From: Blepharisma stoltei ATCC 30299
Taxonomy: Eukaryota; Protista; Ciliophora
Length of the DNA: 64,000 nucleotides
Assembly: GCA_965603825.1 (NCBI GenBank)
Contig: CBFDEM010000036.1
Coordinates: 744,001 to 808,000 of the forward strand
Direction of reading: 5' to 3'
The notes below the pieces were generated by a model, which searched no databases, had not been told where the DNA came from, and saw nothing but the letters and a program-made list of their open reading frames with translations. Shown here piece after piece: positions 45,573 through 57,707 of the stretch (position 1 is the stretch's first letter; each line of letters begins with the position of its first letter). The position numbers were made by a program, and so were the translations under genes.

Positions 45573-45760
45573 TTATTATAAATTTCGAATAAATTGGCTT
45601 AATGCTATTAAATAAGCTGCATTTTAAAATTTAATTTCCAAGGTTTTTAAATACTCTATTTGCTAAAAAAGGTTTATGTGATTATTTAAACAAGATAGCT
45701 TTTAGAGCAATGCATATCATAGTGTAACGGCTTTTTGTCTTTTATATTTATTCTTCAATC

Positions 45761-47191
45761 TTATTCTACTCTAACTGTATGAATTTTCACCAGAATTGGA
45801 GGTGATAACTCAGCTCTGCATACTTCTAAAGCACTATTAAATATTTTGCTTTCTTCAGAGCTTTCAGAGTCGCTCTGTCTTCTCAAGATTACTTCTTCAT
45901 TTTCTTCTTTTGCTAATGGTATAAATTTATTTATAGTAATAATGTTATCAAAAGGCGCTTTTACATTATGATGAGGGTCACAAAACTCGAAATTTGCTTC
46001 ATCGCAGTCTTGTTGTTTTGATTTAATTTCTTCACTAAGGACAGTTTCAGCTAAACTTCCTGATAAAAAAGCTCCTTTATTTTCTTCTGATGAAAATTTT
46101 GTACTGTTCACAGTTGAAAAATCATAGTTTTTGTTGCAGTCTATGAAAATTGGGCATTGCAGTGTGCCTGATATAAAAGGATGCCTCAGCAGCTTATGTA
46201 CATTAGATCGATGGCTTGGATCTCTTTTAAAGCATTCTTTTATAAAATCTTTGGCTTCATCAGAGAGCTCAGGAGGCAGTTCAGGTAGATCAGTTGTGCT
46301 GCAAACATGCATGAAAACTGCAATTGGGTTTGTTTTATAGTATCAGGGAGGTTTTCCAGTCGCCATCTCTACCACTAAGCAGCCTAAGCTCCAAATATCT
46401 GCAAATCTTCCATGACCTTCTTCTTTCATTACTTCTGGGGCCATTCAATTTACTGTCCCTCTCAGTGATTTGAACTGTGTTTGGTCACAAAACCCTATAA
46501 TCCTCTTCGAAGCCCCAAAATCAGCTAGTTTGCACACCCCATCGCTGCCTACCAGCACATTTGCGCCTTTAATATCCCTATGTATAATTTTATGATAATG
46601 CAAATATTCCAGTCCTTCCAAGATTTGCTTGGTATAAACCCTTATCAGAGTTTCATTGAATTTTCCATACTTCGCAAGTAAAGAAGAAATAGAGCCACCT
46701 GGGATATATTCTAAAAAAATATTTAAAAATTGGTCGTTTCTTTGTGTTCCCAAATATTGGACTATATTTTTGTGTTTAAGCTGGCTTAGAATTTCTACTT
46801 CTTCTTGGATCTCTTTTACTCTTTGATGGATAGTTTCATATTCAAAGCCAACTATAGGGATTTGCTTGACTGCCATTAGCTTGCCAGTGTCCATGTTTGC
46901 AGCAAATAAAACCCGTCCGAAACTTCCTTGCCCGAGGATTTCACTTGTTTGCCAGTTAGTTGGAGCTATTATTTCTTCTGTTTGTTGCTCTTCTTTTGAC
47001 AGTAAAGAATCGTAATATTTCTGTTCTTCTTTACTGAAATATAGATATCCTTTAGGATTTTCAATGTTATCTTCTGTTGGGCCAATATTAGTTGTAGTTA
47101 AATGAGGAGCGCTTGAAGATTGTTTCTTTTTCGATTTTTTTGTTTTGGGAGTTTCTCTGCAAAGGCGGAATATACTTGCCTTCCCACCCAT
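45761..47191 (-). CDS. STE11/MEKK/NPK1-like MAP kinase kinase kinase (476 aa)
   Basis: [29 protein letters not shown](W)MAPE (TGA 46445), KPP(W) (TGA 46343). Confidence 0.93.
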
Positions 47192-47546
47192 TTATCATAT
47201 AATAAAATCAAAAATCTAAGAAAGGGTATAGAAGAAGTTATGTCGCTCTCAACGAAATGCCATTGTGAGATCTATTATTTATCATTTTTAAATAGCTTGT
47301 AATTTTGTGAATTAGCTTGTTTCATATAATTTAAATTTAAAAGCAACAATTAAAAATTTATAAATTTATAAAAAACACAATTTTAATTCTCATTTACAGT
47401 ATTTACTAGTGATAAAAACAGCTTGATATGATATATTCTTGCAGTCTATTTGATGATTTAGATGATTTTATTATTAATTAGTAATTAAAAGGTCTGCATA
47501 ATTATCCATTTTCTTGTTGAGACCATCAATTGATTTAATTTTAAAT

Positions 47547-48386
47547 CTAATTATCAGGCTCAAAAGGATTAGCTGATGCCTTGAGCTCGCATTTCGACCT
47601 CACATAGCTCAACAGCGAGTTCTCCAAAATTTCATCGACCTTGTCTTCAAAATTTTGTTCAACTTTTGTCTCTGCGAAATACGTATAATAGTCAAATACT
47701 CCAGGCATCTTTTTCTCTTTTCCCGAACTGAATAATGAAAATTCCTGCTCAGGAGTTCCCTCAAAGCTGACTTCGCCTGTGATTTCTCCATCAAGAGCTA
47801 CCCATTCAAGCTTATAATAATGCTTGCCAAACCCTTCAAGTGTTTTTCTTGCCGCTGAGTGACTTGCAAATCTAATTATCCCATATTTGCTTTTCCCATC
47901 TGAATTTGGTTCTGAATATATTTCTATATGAAGGATTCTTGAAGGGTTAGAAAACATTGAACGAATTGTTAGCTCGTCAGCCATTGGCCCTAAGCCTGAG
48001 ATTTTCACTGATTTATTATAAGAGTTTTGTGATGGGAAAATTTGTTTTTGCAAGTTGCGTAACAAATTTTCGTATCTCGTTAAATCAGCAACAAAGAGGT
48101 GCTTGTTGTTTATTAATAGCTCACAAGCTTCTTCAGTTTTGCCTTGCTGGTGTAAAACTCCAGCTAAGTCCTTTAAAGCACTTTCTGGGCGTTCTCCGAT
48201 TTCGATTGCTTGGCGATAAAGACTTTCAGCTTTAGATAAGTCTTTTTCGATATATTCGGCGACTTTTGCAAAAGCATATGGAGTTTGCTGACGAGGAATC
48301 GGATAGTGATTCTTTCCTTGGTAAGTTGATAAGTATCTTTGAAAACCTCCTCGCAAATAAAACCCTTTACTTGAGCTAGAAGCCAT
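47547..48386 (-). CDS. TDM1/MS5/SDI1-like TPR domain + RRM-like protein (279 aa)
   Basis: TPYAFAKVAEYIEKD..AE..YRQAI..GERPESALKDLA.VLHQQG..EEA, followed by VKISGLG..KYGIIRFAS (RRM). Confidence 0.75.
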   Translation of the reverse strand: MASSSSKGFYLRGGFQRYLSTYQGKNHYPIPRQQTPYAFAKVAEYIEKDLSKAESLYRQAIEIGERPESALKDLAGVLHQQGKTEEACELLINNKHLFVADLTRYENLLRNLQKQIFPSQNSYNKSVKISGLGPMADELTIRSMFSNPSRILHIEIYSEPNSDGKSKYGIIRFASHSAARKTLEGFGKHYYKLEWVALDGEITGEVSFEGTPEQEFSLFSSGKEKKMPGVFDYYTYFAETKVEQNFEDKVDEILENSLLSYVRSKCELKASANPFEPDN

Positions 48387-48792
48387 CTTTATGGATGCTA
48401 TGCATTAGAGATTAGACTAGAACATTGAAAAATAAAAATTTCATACGAGTTTTAATTTTTTATAAATCTATTAGTAGCGGTACTATTATAATTTAATCCT
48501 TGAAAACTATGCGATAAAAAGCTCCCTTTAAAAAGTTTAAAATGATGCTAGCAATTAGTTTAGTAAATGAAGCGAGCATCTATGAATTAATTTGGTAATA
48601 AAAATTCTTTTGACTTGGAAATTTACTCCAGATTAAATTCGATATATGCCTCTCCTAAAGCCAGATTTTATTTTCCAATTAATATTATTTATTTATAATA
48701 AAAATATTGCTGCTTATAAACAGCATGCAGCATCTCATTGAGAATCACCTAAGCCTAATTGAAAATTTAATTTACTATAATTTAGTGTAAAA

Positions 48793-49905
48793 ATGTCTAA
48801 AGCCTTTATGAAAGTTCTTAATAAGCATGACCAACATTTAAAGACTGCAGAAAGCGGCCGCTCATCTCTTACTGAAAGGCCATCCTACAAGACTGATCAA
48901 CTTGTAGAAGAAATCATATCCAAAAGTAGCTCAAAGCCTAAAGAAATTCCTCGCTTATCTATAAATGAAAACGATGATTGAGAATTAATCGATATTTTGC
49001 AAAAAGACATTAAAGAGTCTTACAAAAAGCTCGAAGAAATGAAAGCAACTCCATCAGACATGGAAAATCGCAAAATCAAATTCCACGGGAAAGAAAAAGA
49101 AAAATACAAGCAGCTTCGAACCCAGCAGAGATCTCAGACCCGTCTTGACTGAAACGTTAACAAGTCAAGTGAAAAGTTGAAGCTTAAAAATCTTGTCAAA
49201 GAGCGCAAAAGTGTGATTACACCAAGCCTGGGAGAGTCAAACCGGTAATCGTTATATAGAATTCAAGACTTTGAAAACGCAGGGAAATATGAAAAGAACA
49301 AAAACTCTGAAATAGTGAAAAATGCTCATTTAATGCTAGAAGAGCTTGAAACAGTTCCAGTTCTTAAAAAATTGTCAAAAAAGAGCTTTTCCTCAACGTC
49401 AAGGTTCCTAAATCAAATAAAGTCTCAAGATTACGAAAGCTGCTTAACTTCAGCAATTGAATTTATTAGGGAAATCATAGAATATGAAAAAATTAGCAGC
49501 CAAAAAGAAGCTGAAAAATCATCTGGATCTTCAATTTCTACTATTGAAGCTGAAGCACAGTTTGAGTCTCCTATTGAGTTAGGGATTTCTTCAGGGAAAG
49601 AAGAAATTCCAAGACAAGATAAATCAAAAAGACTGCAAGTTGTGGATAATGTTGATGAAAGCGATTTATTGCTTGAAGTAGTTTCAAGTCAAAGCGCCAG
49701 GATTTCTAAGCTGAATACAGAAATTTCTGATGCTGTAAATTCAATGAGGAAAATTCTATACTCTCCAATACCGAGCTCTCCTAGATCTCAAGCGGAGCAT
49801 TTCTTTGAATCATCTAACACTATTAAACCAACACACAAACAGTCTTCTGCTATTTCTGACTTTGACAATATTTATCCAAAATCTGTACGTAATTCAATTA
49901 AATAA
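48793..49905 (+). CDS. hypothetical protein (365 aa, one intron)
   Basis: One frame through TGA at 48979 and 49150 and intron 49245-49259. Confidence 0.7.
49245..49259 (+). other. 15-nt spliceosomal intron
   Basis: GTAATCGTTATATAG; contains an in-frame TAA; A at position 10. Confidence 0.82.
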
Positions 49906-50237
49906 GCTAATAAAACGCCTTGTAGTTTGAGCTATTTTTTACTCTCTGCCATTAAGATAAACCATTTTTGTTTATTACAGCTTATTAATTTTTCGTTTTA
50001 TTTGATTTAAAGATTCTAAACCGTATAAAATATTCTATTTATAAAAATTAAATATTTTTAATATAAAAAAAATATATGTGGAGCTAGAAGTTTCAAAAGT
50101 ATCATAATTAGCCTTTGCTAAATAAATGACCCAAAAACCAAACCATCTAGTTATTCTCATTATTAGCTACAAATGCAAACTGTCTTCGTCTAGCTTTTAA
50201 GATCTCATTACTCCATCTTCAATTCATATATATAAAT

Positions 50238-53200
50238 ATGTTTGTCTATCTCAGCAAAAAGGTACCCGCCACATAGGTTGCTCTTCCTAATGAAGCAAAC
50301 ATCATTAAATCTCTCGCCTGGAACCAAGATGAAGGGTGAATTGCATGTGGAGGCAAAGATGGCCTTCTTAAAATAATCAAGCTCGACCCTCCTACAGTTG
50401 TAACCCCAGGCCAGCCTCCCCAATCCAACCTTTCAATGAACCAAACCTTAGAAGGCCACCACAGCGACGTTACCGTTGTGACCTGGAACGAGCCTTTCAA
50501 AAAGTTAAGTACCTCAGACAAAGACGGCCTCATCATCGTCTGAATTCTCCATCGTCAAATGTGGCTTGAAGAAATGATAAACAATCGTAACAAAAGCACC
50601 GTCGCTGATATGAAATGAACCTCAGATGGACAAAAAATCTGCATTGCATATGAGGATGGAAATGTTATCATGGGAAGTGTCGAAGGCAACCGCATTTGGG
50701 GCAAAGATCTGCCTCATCAGCTTACACATTTGGAATGGTCGCCTGATTCAAAAGTCATTGTCTTTGGAACCCCGGGAGGAGAGGTGCATATTTATGATAG
50801 CAATGGAAACCATTTAAATCCGCTGAATGTGAAATGCTTAAAAGATTACCGCGGGGCAAGTAAAAATATTGCATGCATAGCTTGGTATAGTGGAGGAAGG
50901 GCTAAAGGCCTGGCAACTGATGACTTTGCAGCTCCTTCGCTGTGTATTGCATATGAATGTGGAAGAATCCAGCTTATGAGGCATGAAAATGATGATCATC
51001 CAATTCTAATAGAATCAGGAATGATAGTCAGCACCGCAAGCTGGAATAATACAGGATCTATATTAGCGCTTTCTGGAAGCCAACAAGGCATTGGAGGGAT
51101 TGTCCAGTTTTATACCTCGCTTGGAATACATGTGAGAACTCTGACCGTTCCTGACTCTGAAACTGTGAGCTCTGTATCGTGGGAAGGGACTGGGCTGAGA
51201 CTTTGCCTTTCTGTAAGCTCAGTTATTTATTTCGCAAATATCAAGCCTGACTATAAATGGGCGTTCTTTAACAACACTTGTGTATATGCTTATATGAAGC
51301 AGGACAGGCCTGACTATTGCATAGTATTTTGGAACACAAATACAGATGAAAGATATATAAAATACGTCAAGAAATTGATGAATATCGCAGGATGTGGAGA
51401 TTACTGTGTTTTAGCTACAAAAGCTGAAGATTCTAATACGATATGGGTTCTTATTCTCTGCAATGCTATCGGAAGCCCAGTTGATACAAAAAATATCAAC
51501 ATTGAGCCTTTATTTGTGTCAATGAATAAAACCCATGTAGTCGTCTGCAGCTCAGAAAGCATATATGTGTGGCAATATCGCTCACAAGTAAGCAGACTGC
51601 TGTCAATGGACTCCACAAAGAGAAAAATTGGAAGAGAGCTAGGGTTCAATATAGACGAACAGCCTGATTTGAATAGTATTTATGATCCTAATAGATTTAG
51701 CAAGCCAACAAGAGCAGTTCAAGACCCCATTGCATGTGTAACAGCTAGCGATGGCTTTTTCTTAGTAGGAAGAGTTAGCGGGACAGTCCACAAATACACG
51801 ATTCCTCATGTTTCTCTTGAAACTAGATATGTCCTCAAATGCAGACCTCAAATGATAAACGCAAACTGCAGCGCTACTAAGCTTTCTATTATAGACATCA
51901 ACGGAATTCTGACATTCTATGACACAAATGCAGCAGGAAACCTAACTGGAGCAAAAGGAAGTCAGCTAGACATTGAAAGAAAAGACGTCTGGGATATGAA
52001 ATGGAGCACAGATAACCCAGAACTAATAGTAATCATGGAAAAAACTCGCATGTATGTTATGATGGGAAATGAAGTAGAAGACCCAGTGATTAGTTCAGCT
52101 TATCTCTGTGAGTTCAAAGACCTTGAAATCAAAACAATTTTGCTTGATGAACTTTTCAAAACCCCAGATGCCCCTAAACCTTCAGAAGAGCTCGTAGTTA
52201 CTTTTGAAACTAAATCTCTTAAAGAAACAAGAGAAATGGTCAGCAACATTGACATTGTCGACGCCTTTAACAATGTAGAAAAAAACCCTTATCCTAGGCT
52301 TTATAAAATCGTGGCTGAAGCTGCCCTATTAAAGCTGAATTTTGATATAGCTCAAAAAGCGTTCGTCAAATGTGACGATTATCAAGGAATCTGCTATGTA
52401 AACCGTGTCAAAAAATTAGATGACCCTCAGAAGCAAAAAGCAGAAATTGCAATTTATTTTAAAGATTTTGATGAGGCTGAAGAAATTTATAAGAAAATTG
52501 ATAGAAAAGATCTAGCTCTAGATATGAGGGTTAGGAGTGGAGATTGGGTCAAAGTACTGCAGCTTGTGGATCAAGGGGTAGGAAATGATGAGCTTATAAA
52601 TATAGCATATAATAATATAGGAGATTACTACGCAGAAAGATTCAGATGGAAAAGTGCAGCCTCTCACTATGCTTTGGCTCAAAATAACGAGTCTTTAGCT
52701 GAAGCTTATTATAAAATAGAAGACTTTGATAGTTTATCTAAAATGATTGACATTTTGCCTGAAGGGTCTCCTTTGTTAGAAAATTTAGGAGAAAAATTCC
52801 AAGGGGTTGGGCTGTGTGAAGAAGCTGTCCAATCTTACATAAGATCCGGAAACGTCAGAGCTGCAGTTGATTGCTGTGTGCTGTTAAATCAATGAAATCA
52901 AGCTGTAGAACTTGCAGAAAAACACAATTTTGTCCAAATAGAAGGGCTGCTGTCAAGATATGCTAGTGTTTTGATGGAAGAAAATAAAACCGTAGAAGCT
53001 ATTCAACTATATAGGAAAGCTAATAGAAATACAGAAGCAGCTAAAATCTTGAATAATATTGCAAAAGACTTATCAAGATCCCAAGCCAGCCCTATAATGA
53101 TGAAAAAAATCTATATTTTGGCTGCTTTAGAAGTAGACTCCTATAAGAAAAGAATATTAGAAGCCCAGATAACGGGTACTGGGACTACAGCTCAAACTCT

Positions 53201-53795
53201 TGACTCATTAATTACAAGTGACATCAACACTATGAGTGATAAAACTCTTGACAACCCCTGGAGAGGTGCAGAAGCCTACCATTTCTATCTAATGGCTCAA
53301 AGGCAGCTCTATGAAGGAGACTATGAAGCTGCACTTAAGACATCTCTGCGTCTAAGCGAATATGAAAATATTTTAGAAACGCGTGATATTTATTCTCTTA
53401 TTGCTTTAGCTGCTTATTATTCTGGATACTATAAAGAGTGCTCAAAAGCTTTAGTTAAGCTTGAAAACATTCAAGGGCAGTCTGAAGAAGATAAAGAAGC
53501 CTATGAAGAATTAGCCGTTTCCATTTTTTCAAAAAATCCGCCTAGAGACCCTAAGCCAAGGATGGTGAAATGCCCTGGGAAAAATTGTGCAAATAATGTC
53601 TCTGATATTGTGACGAACTGTAGCGAGTGCGGATCAAACTTCCCTGCTTGTATGGTTAGTGGAAGACCAATTATGGAAAAAAATTATGTGCAGTGCAAAA
53701 CATGCAAGCATAAGGCTATTGAAGATGAGCTAAAGAGGATCAGAGTGAAGTTCTGTCCATTGTGCCATGCTCCGATGAAATTAAGAAACTCTTAG
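50238..53795 (+). CDS. WDR35: IFT-A subunit IFT121/WDR35 (1180 aa)
   Basis: MFVYLSKK|VALP, G(W)[33 protein letters not shown]-terminal zinc ribbon CPLCH. TGA at 50337, 50541, 50616 and 52893. Confidence 0.96.
50262..50276 (+). other. 15-nt spliceosomal intron
   Basis: GTACCCGCCACATAG; contains an in-frame TAG; A at position 10. Confidence 0.9.
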
Positions 53796-54044
53796 ATTTA
53801 GTTAAAATATTGATAATTGCGGATTAAGCAGTCTATTTATATTTAATTTAAGAAATGATTGTTTAAATAAAGAAAACGGATCATACTTATAATTTTATAC
53901 CTTTATTATTCTGACTTGCAAATATATATTAAAATTTTCAATATTCAAACTTATCTTATGATAACCTGATATAAAGATTAAGAAAATCAATTAAGTTTTT
54001 AAGAATAGTCGAGCTTTTCTTTTAAATTAATTGTAATAATCAAT

Positions 54045-57000
54045 ATGAGATCTCAAATTATTTGGAGTGAAATCATCGTAAGACCTAAATAGCCACCTCC
54101 TGACTCCAGCGAGCTAGGAAACACCATCTGGTCTCTAACTTTTAAACCAGACGGAAGTGAAATTGTTATGGCAATAGGAGACAGGATTTTTGTCTATGAA
54201 GCCCAAACCGGTAACTTACTCCATTCTCTTCGGGCCCATGATCCCGGCAAAAATGTTTACGCAGTCGCTTATTCAAAGGACGGCAAACGTTTTGCATCAG
54301 GAGGGTAATTTTTATTCAGTGCTGATTACAACGTCATAATCTGGACAAGCAAAGCAGAAGGAATCCTCAAATATCAGCATCAATCCTCAATTCAATGTTT
54401 AGCTTACAACCCAATCACTCATCAGCTTGCGTCAGGATCTTGCACTGATTTCGGAATCTGGGGACAAGAACAGAATAAAGTCGAAAAATTTGCCTTGCCA
54501 AGCAAAACTTTGTGTATGGCTTGGTCCAATGATGGATTGATTTTGGCTATTGGGATGTTTAATGGGAATGTTACATTAAGGGACAAAACTGGGGTAGCGA
54601 AAGAGACCTTTGTAAGAAATGCACCGATTTGGTGCTTGGAGTGGAACCCTTCAAAGTCAAAAGACTATAGTGGACAGCTTGCAGTTGGGTGCTGGGATGA
54701 AACTCTTTCGTTTTGGGATGCCACTGGGAAGCAGATTGGGAATGACAAAGATCTAGGGTTTGACCCATGCAGCATTTCTTATTTTTCCAATGGAGAGTTC
54801 ATGGTGCTTGCAGGGTCTGATAAGAAAGTCACATTGTGGACGAAGGACGGAATTTGTCTGGGGCCAATAGGAGAGCATAAAGAATGGATATGGACTGCCA
54901 AAGTAAGACCAAAAAACAACTGTGTAGCTATTGGGTCAGATAAAGGGACAATCTGCCATTATCAGCTGTCTTTTTCTATAGTTCACGGCCTTTATCAAGA
55001 GCGTTATGCATATAGAGAACTGATGACTGAAGTAATAATCCAGCATTTAGTGACTGACCAAAAAGTCAGCATTAAATGTAGAGATTTAATCAAGAAAATT
55101 TCAGTATATAAAGACAGACTTGCAGTCCAACTCCCAGAAAAAGTCGTTATTTATACAGTGCAGCCTGACGATGAGAATGATATGAGATATAAGTCTTTTA
55201 AGAAAATCAACAAAAAGTTTGAGTGCTCTTTGATGGTTTTGACATATTGGAATCTATTATTCTGCCAAGATAAAAGATTGCAGCTTTTTGACTTTGCTGG
55301 AGAGCTTGAAAGAGAATGGAATATGGAAGCTCCAGTCAGGTATATAAAGGTTATAGGAGGACCTCCAAAGAAAGAAGGAGTAATAGTTGGATTAAAAAGC
55401 GGCCAAGTCGTGAAGATATTTGTTGATAATCCTTTTCCGATACCACTGATAAAGCATAATTCTGCAATTAGATGCTTAGATATATCGAGCTACAGAAAAA
55501 AGTTAGCAATAGTAGATGAGAATCAAAACTTACTGGTTTATGACTTGAAGACACAAGAAGTAATCTTTCAAGATTCCCAAGTTAGCGCTGTAGCCTGAAA
55601 TTCAGAAATGGAAGACATTATCGCTTATTCTGGAGATGGCACATTATCTATAAAAACCGGCCCATTTCCTCCTACAACTCAAAAGATGCTTGGCTTTGTC
55701 GTAGGATTTAAAGCTTCCAAAATTTTTTCGCTTCATTATATTACAATGAACACAGTAGATGTCCCTCAATCTGCTGCAATGCACAAATATATTGAACAAA
55801 AAAACCTTGACCTAGCTTATTATGTGGCTTGTCTTGGGGTTACTGAGCAAGACTGGACCACTCTAGCTATAGAAAGCATTCAGCTGCATAAATTTAATCT
55901 AGCCAAAAAAGCCTTTTTGAGGACCAAAAACATCAGGTTCCTTGAGCTCTTATCGAGAATTGAAATTGAAAGAAAAAATCCTAATTATAGTGATTACATA
56001 ATGATGGGAGAAGTAGCTGCTTATCAAGGGAAATATACAGAAGCTGCTACTTTATTTAAAAAAGGAAATGATCCTAAACGCGCTGCATTCATGTATAATG
56101 AGCTAAAACAGTGAAGTAAGGCTGAAGAGTTTATGAAATTTCTAGATAAGAAAGAACAGGATGACTTTTGGATAAAACAAGGTGAAGACGCTACAGATTG
56201 GAAACTTTCTGCAAAGATATTTATGAATATTGGAGATTATAAAAGAGCAGTTGCTATAGTAGGAAATAACAGAGATATGGAATATTTGATAGAAATCTGT
56301 CGGCAGATGTCAAAATCTGATAACCTTGAGGCTCTGCAGCTATGTGCTAACTATTTTAGAAAAAATATGCACCATAAATATGCTGTTGAGGCATATTTGA
56401 AATTAGGAGACCTTAAAGCGCTTCTCAATTTGCACGTTGAGCTTGAAAAATGGGAAGATGCGTTCAGAGTGGCTAAACAAAACCCTGAACTACAATCATT
56501 GCTGTACCTTCCATACGCAAACTGGCTTATTTCTAAAGACAGGTTTGAAGAAGCAAGAGACGCTTACAAAAAAGCTGGAAAATCAGAAGTTGGGCTTAGA
56601 CTTTTTGAAAAACTCATAGAAAATGCTTTCACTGAGCGAAGATTCGAAGACACATCTAGATACTATTGGAAACTAGCATTAGAGCATTTGACATTAATTA
56701 AAGACTGTATGAACCCTACACCTGAATGTGTTCAGCATTTTACTCTCTACGAAGAGTTCAAGAAATACTCAGAAATTTATTATGCATACTCCTTTATCCA
56801 CAGATATGCAGAGTCACCATTTTTACTCCCAACTCCAAACTATGAAGAAACCATTTTCAACGCCTGCCGATATCTTCTTAACTCAATGCCAAACCCTCCT
56901 CCAAAAGGCATTAACAGACTCTATGTTTACTTTTCACTGGGAAGGCTTGCATCTAAGCTTGGAGGCTACAAAACAGCAAGAGTTGCATATGAAAAGTTGC

Positions 57001-57671
57001 AAAATTTAAAGATTCCATCTGAATGGCAAGAAGAGGTAGAACAAGCTGCATTGGCAACTAAGGCAAAACCATATGTGGACAGAGAAGAGCTATTTACTGT
57101 GTGCAACCGCTGTATGAATACAAATCCTCCTTTGAATGCTTCAGGTGACCAATGTTCTGCTTGCAAACATCCAGTCATAAGATCGTTTATATCTTTTACT
57201 CCACTCCCATTAGTAGAATTTGAACCTAATGAAGCAATAGAGCCTAAAAGAATAAACATGCTAATTCACACTGAATCCCCTCAAAAAGCCTCAAAGCCGA
57301 AAAAAGCCCAAGCAGGCGGCTGGCAAGAAAGCTTAAATGTAGAAATGCAAGACCAAGAAGACGTTTTTGTACAGAAAATAATGGAATGGGCTGAAGTCCA
57401 AATGACTCAAGATGAATATCATCCAGTGGTAGTCGACGAGTATACTCTGGCATCCATTCCTGCTCAAGACATCTTTATTCTTGACTTAACAAAAATAAAC
57501 CCTACCCTTCCTAAGCGTTATTTCAAGCTGATGATTCCTGATGTAGAAATTGTCCTCTGTCCTAACTGTGGCCATTTCTTCTTACAGGACGAATATGACC
57601 TCGCATTTTTAGAAACGAATGCTTGTCCAGTGTGCCATGCCCAAGAATCAAAAGAAGAAGGAGAAATTTAA
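54045..57671 (+). CDS. IFT122: IFT-A subunit IFT122 (1198 aa, 2 introns)
   Basis: FKPDG, KDGKRFASGGAD, VHGLYQERYAYRE, GFVVGF, RSFISF.PLPLVEF, terminal CPVC. TGA at 55596 and 56112. Confidence 0.96.
54078..54092 (+). other. 15-nt spliceosomal intron
   Basis: GTAAGACCTAAATAG; contains an in-frame TAG; A at position 10. Confidence 0.88.
54305..54319 (+). other. 15-nt spliceosomal intron
   Basis: GTAATTTTTATTCAG; removal restores the conserved FASGGAD; contains an in-frame TAA. Confidence 0.92.
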
Positions 57672-57707
57672 TGCTTAACTAAGACAGTTTAAACACTTAA
57701 TTTAAAA

